Part shown: positions 1 through 10,446 of the stretch, piece by piece | Layout: each line of letters begins with the position of its first letter | How positions within the stretch are numbered: the first letter of the stretch is position 1 | DNA from: an uncultured Actinomycetota bacterium | Lineage (GTDB): Bacteria > Actinomycetota > Actinomycetes > Propionibacteriales > Nocardioidaceae | Length of the DNA: 64,000 nt | Reading direction: 5' to 3' | Assembly (NCBI GenBank): GCA_963726515.1 | Contig: CAVSCW010000019.1 | Span: 20,727-84,726 of the forward strand | Notes under the pieces: model-generated | What the model was told of the DNA's origin: nothing | The model's input: only the letters and a program-made list of their open reading frames with translations | Databases searched by the model: none | Translations under genes and position numbers: made by a program

Positions 1-2
1 TC

Positions 3-395
3 GCCGAGCGCACCGACGCGGGCATGACGGTCCGCCGACAGGTGCTCGGCGACGCACACGTCGACCGGGCGACCGCGTCCGCGACCGACCTGACCCGGGA
101 GTTCCAAGAGTTCATCACCGACTACGCCTGGGGCGGCATCTGGTCCCGACCGGGCCTGGACCGCCGCAGCCGGTCGATGATCACCCTCACCGCACTGATC
201 GCCCGCGCGCACCACGACGAGCTGGCCATGCACCTGCGCGCGGCACGCACCAACGGCCTGACCGACGACGAGATCAAGGAGCTCTTACTGCAGACGGCGA
301 TCTACTGCGGGGTGCCCGACGCCAACACGGCGTTCCGCATCGCGCAGCGCACCCTGGACGACCTCGACGAGCACCGCACGAAGGACGCACCCTGA
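3..395 (+). CDS. pcaC: 4-carboxymuconolactone decarboxylase domain; frame is open to the window edge, so it may be the C-terminus of a PcaL (PcaD-PcaC) fusion
   Basis: CMD-family motifs FQEFITDYAWGGIWSRPGLDRRSRS and QTAIYCGVPDAN; first ATG at 24 with no stop upstream; overlaps pcaF start. Confidence 0.9.
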   Translation, partial: AERTDAGMTVRRQVLGDAHVDRATASATDLTREFQEFITDYAWGGIWSRPGLDRRSRSMITLTALIARAHHDELAMHLRAARTNGLTDDEIKELLLQTAIYCGVPDANTAFRIAQRTLDDLDEHRTKDAP

Positions 396-1600
396 TGAGC
401 AGCACCCCCCCGGTCCACATCTACGCCACGGTCCGCACCCCGTTCGGCCGCTTCGGCGGGGCACTTGCCAAGACCCGTCCCGACGACCTCGCCGCCGGGG
501 TGCTGCGCACTGTTCTGGAACGGACCGACCTGGACCCGGGCGAGGTCGACGAGGTGGTGCTCGGCAACGCCAACGGTGCCGGCGAAGACAACCGCAACGT
601 CGCCCGCATGGCGTCCCTGTTGGCCGGGGTCCCGGTCTCGGTGCCGGGCACGTCGGTCAACCGGTTGTGCGGGTCCTCCCTCGACGCCGCGATGATCGGC
701 TCCCGCATGATCGAGACCGGCGACGCCGACATCGTGCTGACCGGCGGCGTGGAGTCGATGACCCGGGCCCCGTGGGTGCTGCCCAAACCCGAGCGCGCCT
801 TCCCCGCCGGCAACACCGAGCTCGTCTCGACCACGCTCGGCTGGCGGCTGGTCAACCCCCGCATGGCTGCGGAGTGGACGGTCTCGCTGGGAGAGTCCAA
901 CGAGCAGCTGCAGGAGATCCACGACATCCCCCGCGAGCGGCAGGACGCCTTCGCCGCCCGATCCCATGAGCTCGCGCTGGCAGCGTGGGAGTCCGGATTC
1001 TACGACGACCTCGTCGTACCGGTCGATGAGGTCGACCTCGCCCGCGACGAGGCAATCCGCCCCGACACGACGACCGAGTCGCTGAGCGCCCTCAAGCCGT
1101 CGTTCCGACCCGACGGCACCATCACCGCCGGCAACGCCTCCCCCCTGAGCGACGGCGCGTCCGCCGTGCTCCTGGGGTCCGCTGCGGCCGCGGACCGCAT
1201 CGGCCGCGACCCGATCGCCCGGATCGCCGGCCGTGGCACCCACGCCGTCGAGCCGCACCGGTTCGGCTATGCGCCCGTCGAGGCAGCCGCCAAGGCCCTC
1301 GCCCGCGCCGGCATCGGCTGGTCCGACGTCGGCGTGGTCGAGCTCAACGAGGCCTTCGCCGTCCAGTCGCTGGTCTGCGTCGACGCCTGGCTCGCCCAGG
1401 GACTCGCCGACCCCGAGATTGTCAACACCCGCGGCGGCGCCATCGCGCTCGGCCACCCCCTCGGCGCGTCCGGCGGCCGGATCCTCGGCACCCTGGCAGC
1501 CGCCATGCGCACCGACGGGCACCGCTGGGGAGTCGCCGCCATCTGCATCGGCGTCGGGCAGGGCCTCGCAGTCGTGCTGGAGAACGAGGACGCCCTGTGA
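395..1600 (+). CDS. pcaF: 3-oxoadipyl-CoA thiolase (thiolase family)
   Basis: NRLCGSS, NEAFA, GHPLGASG and CIGVGQG thiolase motifs; sits in pca cluster. Confidence 0.9.
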   Translation: MSSTPPVHIYATVRTPFGRFGGALAKTRPDDLAAGVLRTVLERTDLDPGEVDEVVLGNANGAGEDNRNVARMASLLAGVPVSVPGTSVNRLCGSSLDAAMIGSRMIETGDADIVLTGGVESMTRAPWVLPKPERAFPAGNTELVSTTLGWRLVNPRMAAEWTVSLGESNEQLQEIHDIPRERQDAFAARSHELALAAWESGFYDDLVVPVDEVDLARDEAIRPDTTTESLSALKPSFRPDGTITAGNASPLSDGASAVLLGSAAAADRIGRDPIARIAGRGTHAVEPHRFGYAPVEAAAKALARAGIGWSDVGVVELNEAFAVQSLVCVDAWLAQGLADPEIVNTRGGAIALGHPLGASGGRILGTLAAAMRTDGHRWGVAAICIGVGQGLAVVLENEDAL

Positions 1601-2259
1601 CGACCACCCACCACACCGACCCGGCCGAAGCCGTCGCGGACATCCCCGACGGCGCGACCGTCCTCATCGGCGGCTTCGGGCTCGCCGGACAGCCCACCGA
1701 GCTCATCGACGCCCTCCGTGAGCACGGCGCCGCGGACCTCACCGTGGTCAACAACAACGCCGGTAACGGCGACCACGGCCTCGCCGCCCTACTCGCCACC
1801 GGCCACGTCCGCAAGATCATCTGCTCCTTTCCCCGCCAGAGCGACTCCTGGGTCTTCGACGACCTCTACCGCACCGGACGCATCGAGCTCGAGGTCGTGC
1901 CTCAGGGCAACCTCGCCGAGCGGATGCGCGCCGCCGGCGCCGGGATCGGCGCCTTCTTCTCCCCCACCGGCGTCGGCACGCCGCTCGCTGAGGGCAAGGA
2001 GCAGCGCACCATCGAGGGGCGCGACTACGTCCTCGAGCACCCGATCCGCGGCGACTTCGCGCTCGTCAAGGCCCACCGCGCAGACCGGATGGGCAACCTC
2101 GTCTACCGCAAGACCGCCCGCAATTTCGGGCCCGTCATGGCCACCGCCGCCACCACAACGGTTGTCCAGGTCACCGACGTCGTCGCCACCGGGGACCTCG
2201 ACCCCGAGAACGTCGTCACCCCGAGCATCTACGTCGACCGGGTAGTGCACACGTCATGA
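1597..2259 (+). CDS. pcaI: 3-oxoadipate CoA-transferase subunit A
   Basis: IGGFG, NNAGNG, CSFPRQSDS, PQGNLAER, KTARNFGP motifs. Confidence 0.92.
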   Translation: MTTTHHTDPAEAVADIPDGATVLIGGFGLAGQPTELIDALREHGAADLTVVNNNAGNGDHGLAALLATGHVRKIICSFPRQSDSWVFDDLYRTGRIELEVVPQGNLAERMRAAGAGIGAFFSPTGVGTPLAEGKEQRTIEGRDYVLEHPIRGDFALVKAHRADRMGNLVYRKTARNFGPVMATAATTTVVQVTDVVATGDLDPENVVTPSIYVDRVVHTS

Positions 2260-2906
2260 CCGTCCAGCAGACCGACCGTGGTCCCCTGACCAAGGACGAG
2301 CTCGCGGCACTCATCGCCGCGGACATCCCCCACGGCGCGTTCGTCAACCTCGGCATCGGCCAGCCCACCACCGTCGCCGACCATCTCACGCCAGCCCAGG
2401 GCGTCGTGCTCCACACCGAGAACGGCATGCTCGGCATGGGCCGGGCAGCCGTCGGCGACGAGATCGACCCCGACCTGATCAACGCCGGGAAGATCCCTGT
2501 CATCGAGACCCCCGGAGCGTCGTACTTCCACCACGCCGACTCCTTCGCCATGATGCGCGGCGGCCACCTCGACGTCTGTGTCCTCGGGGCCTTCCAGGTG
2601 TCGACCGGCGGCGACCTGGCCAACTGGCACACCGGGGAGCCCGACGCGATCCCCGCCGTCGGAGGCGCGATGGACCTCGCCATCGGCGCCAAGAACGTCT
2701 ACGTGATGATGTCCCTCTTCACCCGCGACGGCACCTCCAAGCTCGTCGAGACGTGCACCTACCCGCTGACCGGCCGCACGTGCGTAAGCCGCGTCTACAC
2801 CAACCACGCCGTCATCGAGGTCGGCGCCACGGGAGCACTCGTGCGTGCGACCTACGGGATCTCGCTCGATGAGTTGCGAAACCGGACGGGCCTCGAGCTT
2901 CGCTGA
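2256..2906 (+). CDS. pcaJ: 3-oxoadipate CoA-transferase subunit B
   Basis: VNLGIGQPT, HTENG catalytic Glu, GGAMDLA. Confidence 0.92.
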   Translation: MTVQQTDRGPLTKDELAALIAADIPHGAFVNLGIGQPTTVADHLTPAQGVVLHTENGMLGMGRAAVGDEIDPDLINAGKIPVIETPGASYFHHADSFAMMRGGHLDVCVLGAFQVSTGGDLANWHTGEPDAIPAVGGAMDLAIGAKNVYVMMSLFTRDGTSKLVETCTYPLTGRTCVSRVYTNHAVIEVGATGALVRATYGISLDELRNRTGLELR

Positions 2907-3419
2907 CTTCCGCCCCCAGGTCGGCCGAGGCTCCGTGACGAGGACCAGTTACTCCCCTGTCCGCAACCGAGATGGGGCATAAGTGGCATCCCACCGCAGA
3001 CAGGCCGCTGACCTGCGTGAACGACGAAGGTCGAGGTCTACTACGACAGCGGATACGTAAGCCACTGCTGTCAAGGGCACATTGCAGCGTGTCTGTTCGA
3101 CGCGCGGTCAGGCAGATGCGCGGGATGGTTACCGCAGGACGGTCTGTTCGGCTGGCGTCCTCGCGCGTCTGAGGTCGAGCGTCGACGTCTTTGTCGTCGG
3201 CTCACAGACGTTCCGCGAATTGCTCCTCGCGCTGCTCGCCAGCCAGAGTCCGGGATCCAGGTCCGTGGCCTGGGCTACTCCAGTACTGCGAGCGACCAGC
3301 ACCAGCCGGCGAGTTCACTGGCGACGGCTGTGGTGGCGACGGTGGACAGGGCGCAATGTGAGCCCAAACTGAGCCACAAGGTGGGTTGGCGGAGGACGAC
3401 GGCGTTATCGCGTTTGGCG

Positions 3420-4667
3420 TCACCGCAGGTCAGAGCCGGTTCTCTCGAGTAGCGCCACGATCTCGACGTGGCTGGTCATCGGGAAGAGGTCGAACGCCCG
3501 GATCGCCGTGAGCTCGTAGCCGTGCTCGGCGAAGATCGCGACGTCGCGCCCGAGCGCGGCGGGATCGCAGGCGACGTACGCCACGGCGCGGGGTCGGCGG
3601 TCGACCACCTGCTCGACGACGGCGCGCTTGGCACCCTCGCGCGGCGGGTCGAGGACGACCAGGTCGAAGGGTTCGTCGAAGCCGGCGCGCAGCACCCGGT
3701 CCGTGGGACCGCACTCGACGACGACGCCCTTCAGTGGGGACAGGTTGGCGCGGGCGTGCTGGCACGCGGTGCGGTCGGCCTCGACGGCGACGACACGGGC
3801 TCCGGTCACCTCGCCGACGAAGCGCCCGAACAGCCCGACCCCGGCATAGAGGTCCAGGGTCCGCTCCCCCGGCCGGGGGTCGAGGAGCTCCAGCACGGTC
3901 TCCACCAGCACGCGTGGCGCCTCCGGGTGGACCTGCCAGAAGCCGTCGGCGGCGACACCGAACGCATGGGTCTGCTCACCGGCGGTCACGGTGTGCTCGA
4001 CCAGGTCTCGCGACGGGCGCGGGGCGCCCTCATCGACCAGCGCTTCCCGGGATGTGCTGTGGTCGAGCGACGACGTGTCGTGCGGACGCGCGCCGTCGGC
4101 GGCGATGAGGCAGTCCTCGAGCGCGACCAGGTGGTGGGAGCGGTGCGCGCGCATCGCCGGCTGGCCGTCCGGGAGCACGGCGTAGCGCTGGCGGGTGCGC
4201 CACCGCAGGCCGTCGTCGGGACGGCCCGCGACCGGCACACCCTCCACCTGCAGACCCGTGACGAGGTCGGCGTCGGCGGACAGGCGACCCAGACGCACGA
4301 GCTGCTCGCGCACGACCGTGGTCTTCAGGTCGCGCTGCGCAGGCACGGCGACGTGCTGGAAGTCGCACCCACCGCAGAGCCCCGGGCCGGCCACCGGGCA
4401 CGGCGCTTCGACCCTGTCGGGCGAGGAGATCAGCACCGACACGGCGTCGCCGCGCCAGAACCGGTCCCCGTCGGTGCCCTCGGTGATCTCGACGACCACC
4501 CGCTCACCGGGGAGGGCGTGGCGCACGAACACCACGCGGGCCTCGGGCTGGGGCAGACGGGCGACACAGTGGCCGCCGTGGGCGACCGGACCCACCTCGG
4601 TCTCGAAGCGCTCCCCCACTCGCGAGCGACCACGGGCCGCCCGCGGACGTGCCGTACGCCGGCTCAC
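3420..4667 (-). CDS. TRAM-domain class I SAM RNA (uracil-5-)methyltransferase, RlmD/TrmA family
   Basis: CxxxxxxxCGGC Fe-S motif, FWQVH, DLYAGVGLF, DPPREG, YVACDP, DLFPMTSHVE; GTG start at 4667 overlaps the APC gene stop. Confidence 0.9.
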   Translation of the reverse strand: MSRRTARPRAARGRSRVGERFETEVGPVAHGGHCVARLPQPEARVVFVRHALPGERVVVEITEGTDGDRFWRGDAVSVLISSPDRVEAPCPVAGPGLCGGCDFQHVAVPAQRDLKTTVVREQLVRLGRLSADADLVTGLQVEGVPVAGRPDDGLRWRTRQRYAVLPDGQPAMRAHRSHHLVALEDCLIAADGARPHDTSSLDHSTSREALVDEGAPRPSRDLVEHTVTAGEQTHAFGVAADGFWQVHPEAPRVLVETVLELLDPRPGERTLDLYAGVGLFGRFVGEVTGARVVAVEADRTACQHARANLSPLKGVVVECGPTDRVLRAGFDEPFDLVVLDPPREGAKRAVVEQVVDRRPRAVAYVACDPAALGRDVAIFAEHGYELTAIRAFDLFPMTSHVEIVALLERTGSDLR

Positions 4668-6715
4668 AGGTCCTCGTCGCGTGGGCGCGGATCGCTCGAG
4701 GCGACCCGGCCGCGGCGCAGGTCGCCGGCGTGGATGCGCACCTCGTCGCGCTTCTCGCGCTGCTTGGCGACCTGGGAGGACCGCAGCTGGTAGGGCACCG
4801 AGATCACCATGACGCCCGGCGTGAAGAGCAAGCGTCCCTTGAGCCGCAGCGCCGTCTGGTTGTGGAGCAGCTGCTCCCACCAGCGGCCCACGACGTACTC
4901 CGGGATGTAGACCGCGACCACGCCGCGCGGGCTGGCCCGACGGATCTCCTGGGTGTACTCCACGACTGGCCGCACCACCTCCCGGTAGGGCGAGTGCAGC
5001 ACCTTGAGCGGGATGTCGAGGTGCCGCTCGTCCCACTCCTCCATCAGCCGGTTGGTGGCCTTGGTGTCGATGCTGACGTAGATCGCCTCGAGCACGTTGG
5101 GCCGGGTGGCCCGGGCGAAGGCCAGGGCGCGCAGGGTGGGCTTGTGCAGCTTGGAGGCGAGCACGATCGCGTGGACGCGGGTCGGCATGACCTTGTCCTG
5201 CTCGTCCGCGGCGAGCTCCAGCTCGACCCGTGCGTAGTGGCGCCCGATGGCCTGCATCACGAGGAAGAAGAAGCCCATCGCCAGGATCGTGATCCACGCC
5301 CCGGCAAGGAACTTGGTCACCAGCACGATGAGCAGCACGACCGCAGTCATGCCGAGGCCGAAGGTGTTGATCGCCCGTGACCGCATCATCCGGCGGCGGT
5401 TGGCCGGGTCCTGCTCGGTCTTCAGGTGCCGGGTCCAGTGGCGGATCATACCGAGCTGACTGAGGTTGAAGGAGACGAAGACGCCCACGATGTAGAGCTG
5501 GATCAGCTTGGTCGTCTCGGCGTCGAAGACCCAGATCAGGAGGATCGACATGGCGGCGAGGAAGACGATGCCGTTGCTGTAGGCGAGGCGGTCCCCGCGC
5601 GAGCCCAACGAGCGCGGGGCGAGCCCGTCCTGGGCGAGGATCGAGCCCAGCACCGGGAAGCCGTTGAAGGCGGTGTTGGCGGCGAGCACGAGGATGACGC
5701 CGGTGACGGTGACGACGAAGTAGAACCCCGGCGGGAAGTTGTCGAAGACCCCCGCCGCGATCTGCGAGATGACCGGGTGCTGGTCGTAGTCGTCGGGCAG
5801 AACACCTCCGGCCGAGCTGCGGAGCCGGTCGAGGTGGTGGGGGTCGACGAAGCGGATGCTCATCTGCTTGGCCAGCACGATCACGCTCATCATCATCGAG
5901 ATCGAGATGAGCCCCAGCATGAGGAGCGTGGTCGCCGCGTTGCGGCTCTTGGGCTTGCGGAAGGCGGGTACGCCGTTGCTGATCGCCTCGACGCCGGTCA
6001 GCGCCGCACACCCGGACGAGAACGCCCTCGCGAGGAGGAACATGAGGGCGACCTGGGTGAGCGGCCCCTCCCACCCGGGCTCGGGCTCGATCACGAGCTG
6101 CGCGCTCTCGGCGTCGGGGAGGTCACCGGCCAGCAGTCGCAGCAGGCCGTAGCCGCACATGCCGAGGATGGCGACCATGAACAGATAGGTCGGGAGCGCG
6201 AAGAAGGCCCCGGACTCGCGCACGCCTCGCAGGTTCATCGCGGTCAGCAGCACGATCGCCACCACCGCCACCGTGACCTCGTGCCCGATCAGGGAGGGCA
6301 CCGCACCCGCGGCGTACTGGGCCGCCGAGGAGATCGACACCGCCACTGTGAGCACATAGTCGACGAGGAGCGCACTCGCGACCGTCACACCGGCGTTGCG
6401 GCCGAGGTTCACGGTCGCGACCTCGTAGTCACCCCCACCGGACGGATAGGCGTGGACGGTCTGGCGGTAGGACGCGATCACGGTGAGCATGACGACCGCG
6501 ACGGCGAGGCCGATCTTCCACGACCACACATAGGTCGAGGTGCCGGCCACGGCGAGCATGATGAACACCTCGTCGGGCGCGTAGGCCACCGAGGACAGGG
6601 CGTCACTGGCGAAGACGGGCAGCGCTATCCGCTTGGGCAGCAGGGTCTCGCCCAGCTGGCTGCTCCGCAGCTTGCGACCCAGCAGGATCCGCTTGGACAC
6701 ATCGCCGACACTCAC
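4664..6715 (-). CDS. APC-family permease, KimA/YdaO-like (probable K+ transporter)
   Basis: SDALSSVAYA, GGGDY, LTGVEAISNG, LLHNQ motifs; many TM helices; divergent from trkA pair. Confidence 0.85.
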   Translation of the reverse strand: MSVGDVSKRILLGRKLRSSQLGETLLPKRIALPVFASDALSSVAYAPDEVFIMLAVAGTSTYVWSWKIGLAVAVVMLTVIASYRQTVHAYPSGGGDYEVATVNLGRNAGVTVASALLVDYVLTVAVSISSAAQYAAGAVPSLIGHEVTVAVVAIVLLTAMNLRGVRESGAFFALPTYLFMVAILGMCGYGLLRLLAGDLPDAESAQLVIEPEPGWEGPLTQVALMFLLARAFSSGCAALTGVEAISNGVPAFRKPKSRNAATTLLMLGLISISMMMSVIVLAKQMSIRFVDPHHLDRLRSSAGGVLPDDYDQHPVISQIAAGVFDNFPPGFYFVVTVTGVILVLAANTAFNGFPVLGSILAQDGLAPRSLGSRGDRLAYSNGIVFLAAMSILLIWVFDAETTKLIQLYIVGVFVSFNLSQLGMIRHWTRHLKTEQDPANRRRMMRSRAINTFGLGMTAVVLLIVLVTKFLAGAWITILAMGFFFLVMQAIGRHYARVELELAADEQDKVMPTRVHAIVLASKLHKPTLRALAFARATRPNVLEAIYVSIDTKATNRLMEEWDERHLDIPLKVLHSPYREVVRPVVEYTQEIRRASPRGVVAVYIPEYVVGRWWEQLLHNQTALRLKGRLLFTPGVMVISVPYQLRSSQVAKQREKRDEVRIHAGDLRRGRVASSDPRPRDEDL

Positions 6716-6771
6716 AGGCGGGAAGCCTAGACCCGCGCACGCCTGGAAGCGTGCTGGGCTACGGTTCTGGT

Positions 6772-7434
6772 GTGCACGTCGTGATCATGGGTTGTGGCCG
6801 CGTCGGTTCGACGCTCGCCCGAAGCCTCGAGGACCGCAACCACACTGTCGCCGTCATCGACAGCGAACCCGACTCGTTCCGGCGGCTGGGGCCTGACTTC
6901 AACGGCGACAAGATCACCGGCTACGGCTTCGACCAGCAGGTGCTGGAGAAGGCCGGCATCCGGCGGGCCGACGCCTTCGCGGCGGTCTCCAGCGGTGACA
7001 ACTCCAACATCATCGCCGCGCGTGTCGCCCGCGAGACCTTCGGCATCCAGAAGGTCGTCGCCCGCATCTACGACCCGGGTCGCGCCGAGGTCTACCAGCG
7101 TCTCGGCATCACCACCGTCGCGACGGTGAAGTGGACGGCCGACCAGGTGCTGCGCCGGATCCTCCCTGCAGGTGCCGAGCCCGACTTCCGTGACCCCTCC
7201 GGCACCATCCGGGTCGACCACATGCCGATCCCGGAGGCGTGGATCGGCAACCGCACGGTCGAGCTGCAGATGCAGTCGCGCAGCCGGATCGCCTGGATCG
7301 ACCGGCTCGGGGAGGGCATGCTGCCGACCCGGGAGACGGTGCTCCAGGAGGGCGACATGCTCCACCTCGTCATCCGCGAGGAGCACGCGGCCCACGCCTA
7401 TGCCGTGCTCGAAGCCGGCCCCGAAGACGACTGA
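6772..7434 (+). CDS. trkA: TrkA-family RCK/NAD-binding K+ uptake protein
   Basis: IMGCGRVG Rossmann motif, SGDNSN, ARIYDP; GTG at 6772 preferred. Confidence 0.88.
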   Translation: MHVVIMGCGRVGSTLARSLEDRNHTVAVIDSEPDSFRRLGPDFNGDKITGYGFDQQVLEKAGIRRADAFAAVSSGDNSNIIAARVARETFGIQKVVARIYDPGRAEVYQRLGITTVATVKWTADQVLRRILPAGAEPDFRDPSGTIRVDHMPIPEAWIGNRTVELQMQSRSRIAWIDRLGEGMLPTRETVLQEGDMLHLVIREEHAAHAYAVLEAGPEDD

Positions 7435-7461
7435 CCCACCCAAGCCAGGAGCACTGCACAC

Positions 7462-8133
7462 ATGCGCGTCGCCATCGCCGGAGCCGGAGCCGTGGGTCGT
7501 TCGATCGCCCGGGAGCTGATCGAGAACGGCCACCAGGTGCTCCTCATCGACAAGAACCCCTCGTCCATCCGACCCGAGCGGGTCCCCAACGCCGAGTGGC
7601 TGCTGGCCGACTCGTGCGAGCTGTCCTCGCTGTCCGAGGCGCAGCTGGGCAAGTGCGACGTGGTGATCGCTGCCACCGGCGACGACAAGGCCAACCTGGT
7701 CACCTCGCTGCTCGCCAAGACCGAGTTCGGGGTGCCCCGCACCGTGGGCCGGGTCAACCACCCCAACAACGAGTGGCTCTTCACCGAGGCGTGGGGCGTC
7801 GACGTCAACGTCTCCACCCCGCGCATCATGTCCGCCCTCGTCGAGGAGGCCGTGTCGATCGGGGACCTGGTGCGACTGTTCACCTTCCGCCAGGGCAACG
7901 CCAACCTCGTCGAGCTGACCCTGTCCGCGGACTCGCCCTTCGTCGGCACCCCCAGCGGGCTGGTGCCGTTCCCCGACAACTGCGCCCTGGTCACGATCCT
8001 GCGCGACGGACAGGTCTACACCCCGGACGCCGAGCAGCCGCTCGAATCGGGTGACGAGCTGCTCTTCGTGGTGCCCGCCGAGGTCGAGGCCGAGCTCGAG
8101 CGCCTGCTCTCCCCCGGCAGCCACCCCGGCTGA
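7462..8133 (+). CDS. trkA: second TrkA-family K+ uptake protein
   Basis: IAGAGAVG, TGDDKANL, RVNHP motifs. Confidence 0.88.
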   Translation: MRVAIAGAGAVGRSIARELIENGHQVLLIDKNPSSIRPERVPNAEWLLADSCELSSLSEAQLGKCDVVIAATGDDKANLVTSLLAKTEFGVPRTVGRVNHPNNEWLFTEAWGVDVNVSTPRIMSALVEEAVSIGDLVRLFTFRQGNANLVELTLSADSPFVGTPSGLVPFPDNCALVTILRDGQVYTPDAEQPLESGDELLFVVPAEVEAELERLLSPGSHPG

Positions 8134-8142
8134 CAGCGCGCG

Positions 8143-8883
8143 TCAGGCCGGGCTTGCCTCGGGCGCGACCGGGGTCCGGTTGCGTGAGAGCAACCACACC
8201 ATCGAGCCGAGCGCCGCCAGCTGCAACGGCCAGCCCAGCACGATCTTCAGCACGCCCAGCGCGGCGACCGCCGCGTCGGGATCGATCGACCCCGACGAGC
8301 CCGCCAGCCAGATCGGTGCCTGCACCGCCACTCGGATCACGCAGGGGGCGACCAACAGCCAGGTGAGACGGCTGCACAGCTTCACGATCTGCCGGTCGGA
8401 GTGCCAGGCGGTCGCGTCGCCGGTGATGCTGCCGACCATGAAGCCCACCAGCGGCCAGCCGATGAGGCAGGTGAAGGCGAGCACCACGGCGTAGGCACCG
8501 TTGTAGAGGATGCCGGGCAGGAAGTAGGCCAGCGCCTGGTCCTGCTCGGAGCCGCCGGCCGCCGCCGAGCGGTGCACGAAGTACCACCCGATCGCGATGC
8601 CGAAGAGCGCGTTGACGACGAACTGCACGGTCGAGCGCTGGACGAGCCGGACGACGAGCAGCAGCACTGCTGCGCCGATGCTGATCGACAGCGCGAGGTC
8701 GAGGTCGCGCAGCGTCAGCCAGGAGACGGTGAACAAGATGGTCGGGACCGCGGCCTCCGCCATGCCGCGACGCCCGCCGAGGGCCTTGGAGAGCTGCTGG
8801 CGCACCACCGCCTCGACCGTGTCGGCCTCGATCGCGTCGGGCTGCTGGTCCTCCTGCTGGCCGGGCCGCGTCGGGTCGGTCAC
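8143..8883 (-). CDS. DUF3159-like membrane protein
   Basis: ALGGRRG...VP N-terminus, WPLVG, LGWPL; conserved position after trkA pair. Confidence 0.8.
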   Translation of the reverse strand: MTDPTRPGQQEDQQPDAIEADTVEAVVRQQLSKALGGRRGMAEAAVPTILFTVSWLTLRDLDLALSISIGAAVLLLVVRLVQRSTVQFVVNALFGIAIGWYFVHRSAAAGGSEQDQALAYFLPGILYNGAYAVVLAFTCLIGWPLVGFMVGSITGDATAWHSDRQIVKLCSRLTWLLVAPCVIRVAVQAPIWLAGSSGSIDPDAAVAALGVLKIVLGWPLQLAALGSMVWLLSRNRTPVAPEASPA

Positions 8884-9242
8884 GGGCGCAGCTCGTAGCG
8901 GGGGTTGAACATGATCGCGTGGTCACCCTGGCGCCCGATGCAGCCGGCCACCGTCACCGAACGTCCCGGGTCCACCCCGGTGATCCTGCGGCGTCCCAGC
9001 CAGACCACCGTGATGACGCCGGAGCCGTCGTCGAGCTCGGCCTCGAGCGCCGGGACTCCGCCGCGCGGGCGCAGGGTCACCGTGCGCACGACGCCGCTGA
9101 CCACGACCTGCTCGCGCTCGGGGGCGTCGGCGATCGAGACGGCCTCCTCGGTCGCCTGCGACTGGCGCAGGTCACGCTGGTGCGCCTCCGCGCTGTCGGC
9201 CCACTTGGACAGCGCCTGACGGATCCGACTCTTCTCGCCCAC
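8880..9242 (-). CDS. OB-fold nucleic-acid-binding protein
   Basis: LEAELDDGSG, VWLGRRRI, NPRYEL; synteny. Confidence 0.8.
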   Translation of the reverse strand: MGEKSRIRQALSKWADSAEAHQRDLRQSQATEEAVSIADAPEREQVVVSGVVRTVTLRPRGGVPALEAELDDGSGVITVVWLGRRRITGVDPGRSVTVAGCIGRQGDHAIMFNPRYELRP

Positions 9243-9245
9243 GAC

Positions 9246-9887
9246 TCACCTCACGCGGCGCGCGTCGTCGGGCAACGTCACGGCAAGCGGCTCGCCGACG
9301 GGCATCGCCTGCTCACCCCGACGTACGACGACCTGCGCGAGCGCGTCCTCCCACTCCGGGGTGTTGTCGGGATCGAGCGCCGGCCGCCCGAGCAGGGAGG
9401 CCCGCAGCATCCACCGCTCACCGTTGATCCCGATGATGCGCGAGGGCTGCATCGTCTCGGTGCCGTCGGGGCGCTTGACCGGCATCTGGCACACCAGCTC
9501 GGTGCCCCAGCGGCCCTCACGCTCGGTGGTCTGGCCGCCGCGCCTGGCCATGTCCTCGGCGATCTGGGGTCGCACGTCGCCCCAGAGGTCACCGTTGCGG
9601 GGGGCCGCGAAGGCCTGGAACTCGCAGGCGCCGTCGGAGCCGGCGAGCATGACCGAACGCACCTGCCCGCTCTGCTCGTCGACCTGGAGCCGCAGCTCGC
9701 GATCGGCGATCGCCGGCACGAGCACCGAGCCGAGATCGGCGCGGTCGACCCCGTCGCCCTCCACCTCGGACACGTCGAAGGGTCCCGAGGTCGGCGTGGC
9801 GGCAGAGTCGTCCGGGCCGGCGGTCGTCTCGCCGGCGGCCTCGTCAGCGGCGCCGGCGGCCTCGCCGGCCTTGCGGCGGAACTTCAC
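9246..9887 (-). CDS. DUF3710-like protein
   Basis: GPFD, DLGS, FAAPR, RWMLR, VVRRG.AMP; directly downstream of dut. Confidence 0.82.
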   Translation of the reverse strand: MKFRRKAGEAAGAADEAAGETTAGPDDSAATPTSGPFDVSEVEGDGVDRADLGSVLVPAIADRELRLQVDEQSGQVRSVMLAGSDGACEFQAFAAPRNGDLWGDVRPQIAEDMARRGGQTTEREGRWGTELVCQMPVKRPDGTETMQPSRIIGINGERWMLRASLLGRPALDPDNTPEWEDALAQVVVRRGEQAMPVGEPLAVTLPDDARRVR

Positions 9888-9924
9888 GTCTGCTCTCCCA
9901 TTCGATGGACGTCGGTGGACCGGG

Positions 9925-10419
9925 TCACGGGCGTGATCCGGTGCCAGTAGAACCGTAGCCCCCGGCGCCGCGGGAGGAGTCGGGGAGCACCCCCACCTCG
10001 ACGAAACGGGCCCGTTCGAACCGCTGCACGACGAGCTGGGCGATCCGGTCGCCGCGCGCCAGGGTCACCGCCTCGGTCGGGTCGTGGTTGATGAGCAGCA
10101 CCTTGATCTCGCCGCGGTAGCCGGCGTCCACGGTCCCGGGGGCGTTGACGATGGACACACCATGGCGTGCCGCCAGCCCGGACCGTGGGTGCACCAGCGC
10201 CACATAGCCGTCCGGCAGCGCGATGGCGAGCCCCGTCGGCACCAGCGCCCGCTCGCCGGGTGCGAGGATCACGTCGACGGTGGTGTGGAGGTCGGCCCCG
10301 GCGTCGCCGGGGTGGGCGTACGACGGCAGCGGCAGGTCCGGGTCGAGCCGGACGACCGCGATGTCGAGGTCGGCGTCGGGAGCGGTGTCGGGAGCGGGGG
10401 CGAGGTCGTGGTCGGGCAC
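9925..10419 (-). CDS. dut: dUTP diphosphatase
   Basis: [36 protein letters not shown]; start approximate. Confidence 0.95.
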   Translation of the reverse strand: MPDHDLAPAPDTAPDADLDIAVVRLDPDLPLPSYAHPGDAGADLHTTVDVILAPGERALVPTGLAIALPDGYVALVHPRSGLAARHGVSIVNAPGTVDAGYRGEIKVLLINHDPTEAVTLARGDRIAQLVVQRFERARFVEVGVLPDSSRGAGGYGSTGTGSRP

Positions 10420-10446
10420 GAGGACTGAATCTATAGGCTCTGGTCC

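Noticed and set aside
3082-3423. Short ORFs in the pcaJ-methyltransferase gap
   Set aside because: Atypical codon usage, no RBS, no recognisable motif.
6716-6771. c-di-AMP (ydaO) riboswitch upstream of the KimA-like permease
   Set aside because: The intergenic space is only ~56 bp and shared with divergent trkA; too short, and no motif seen.
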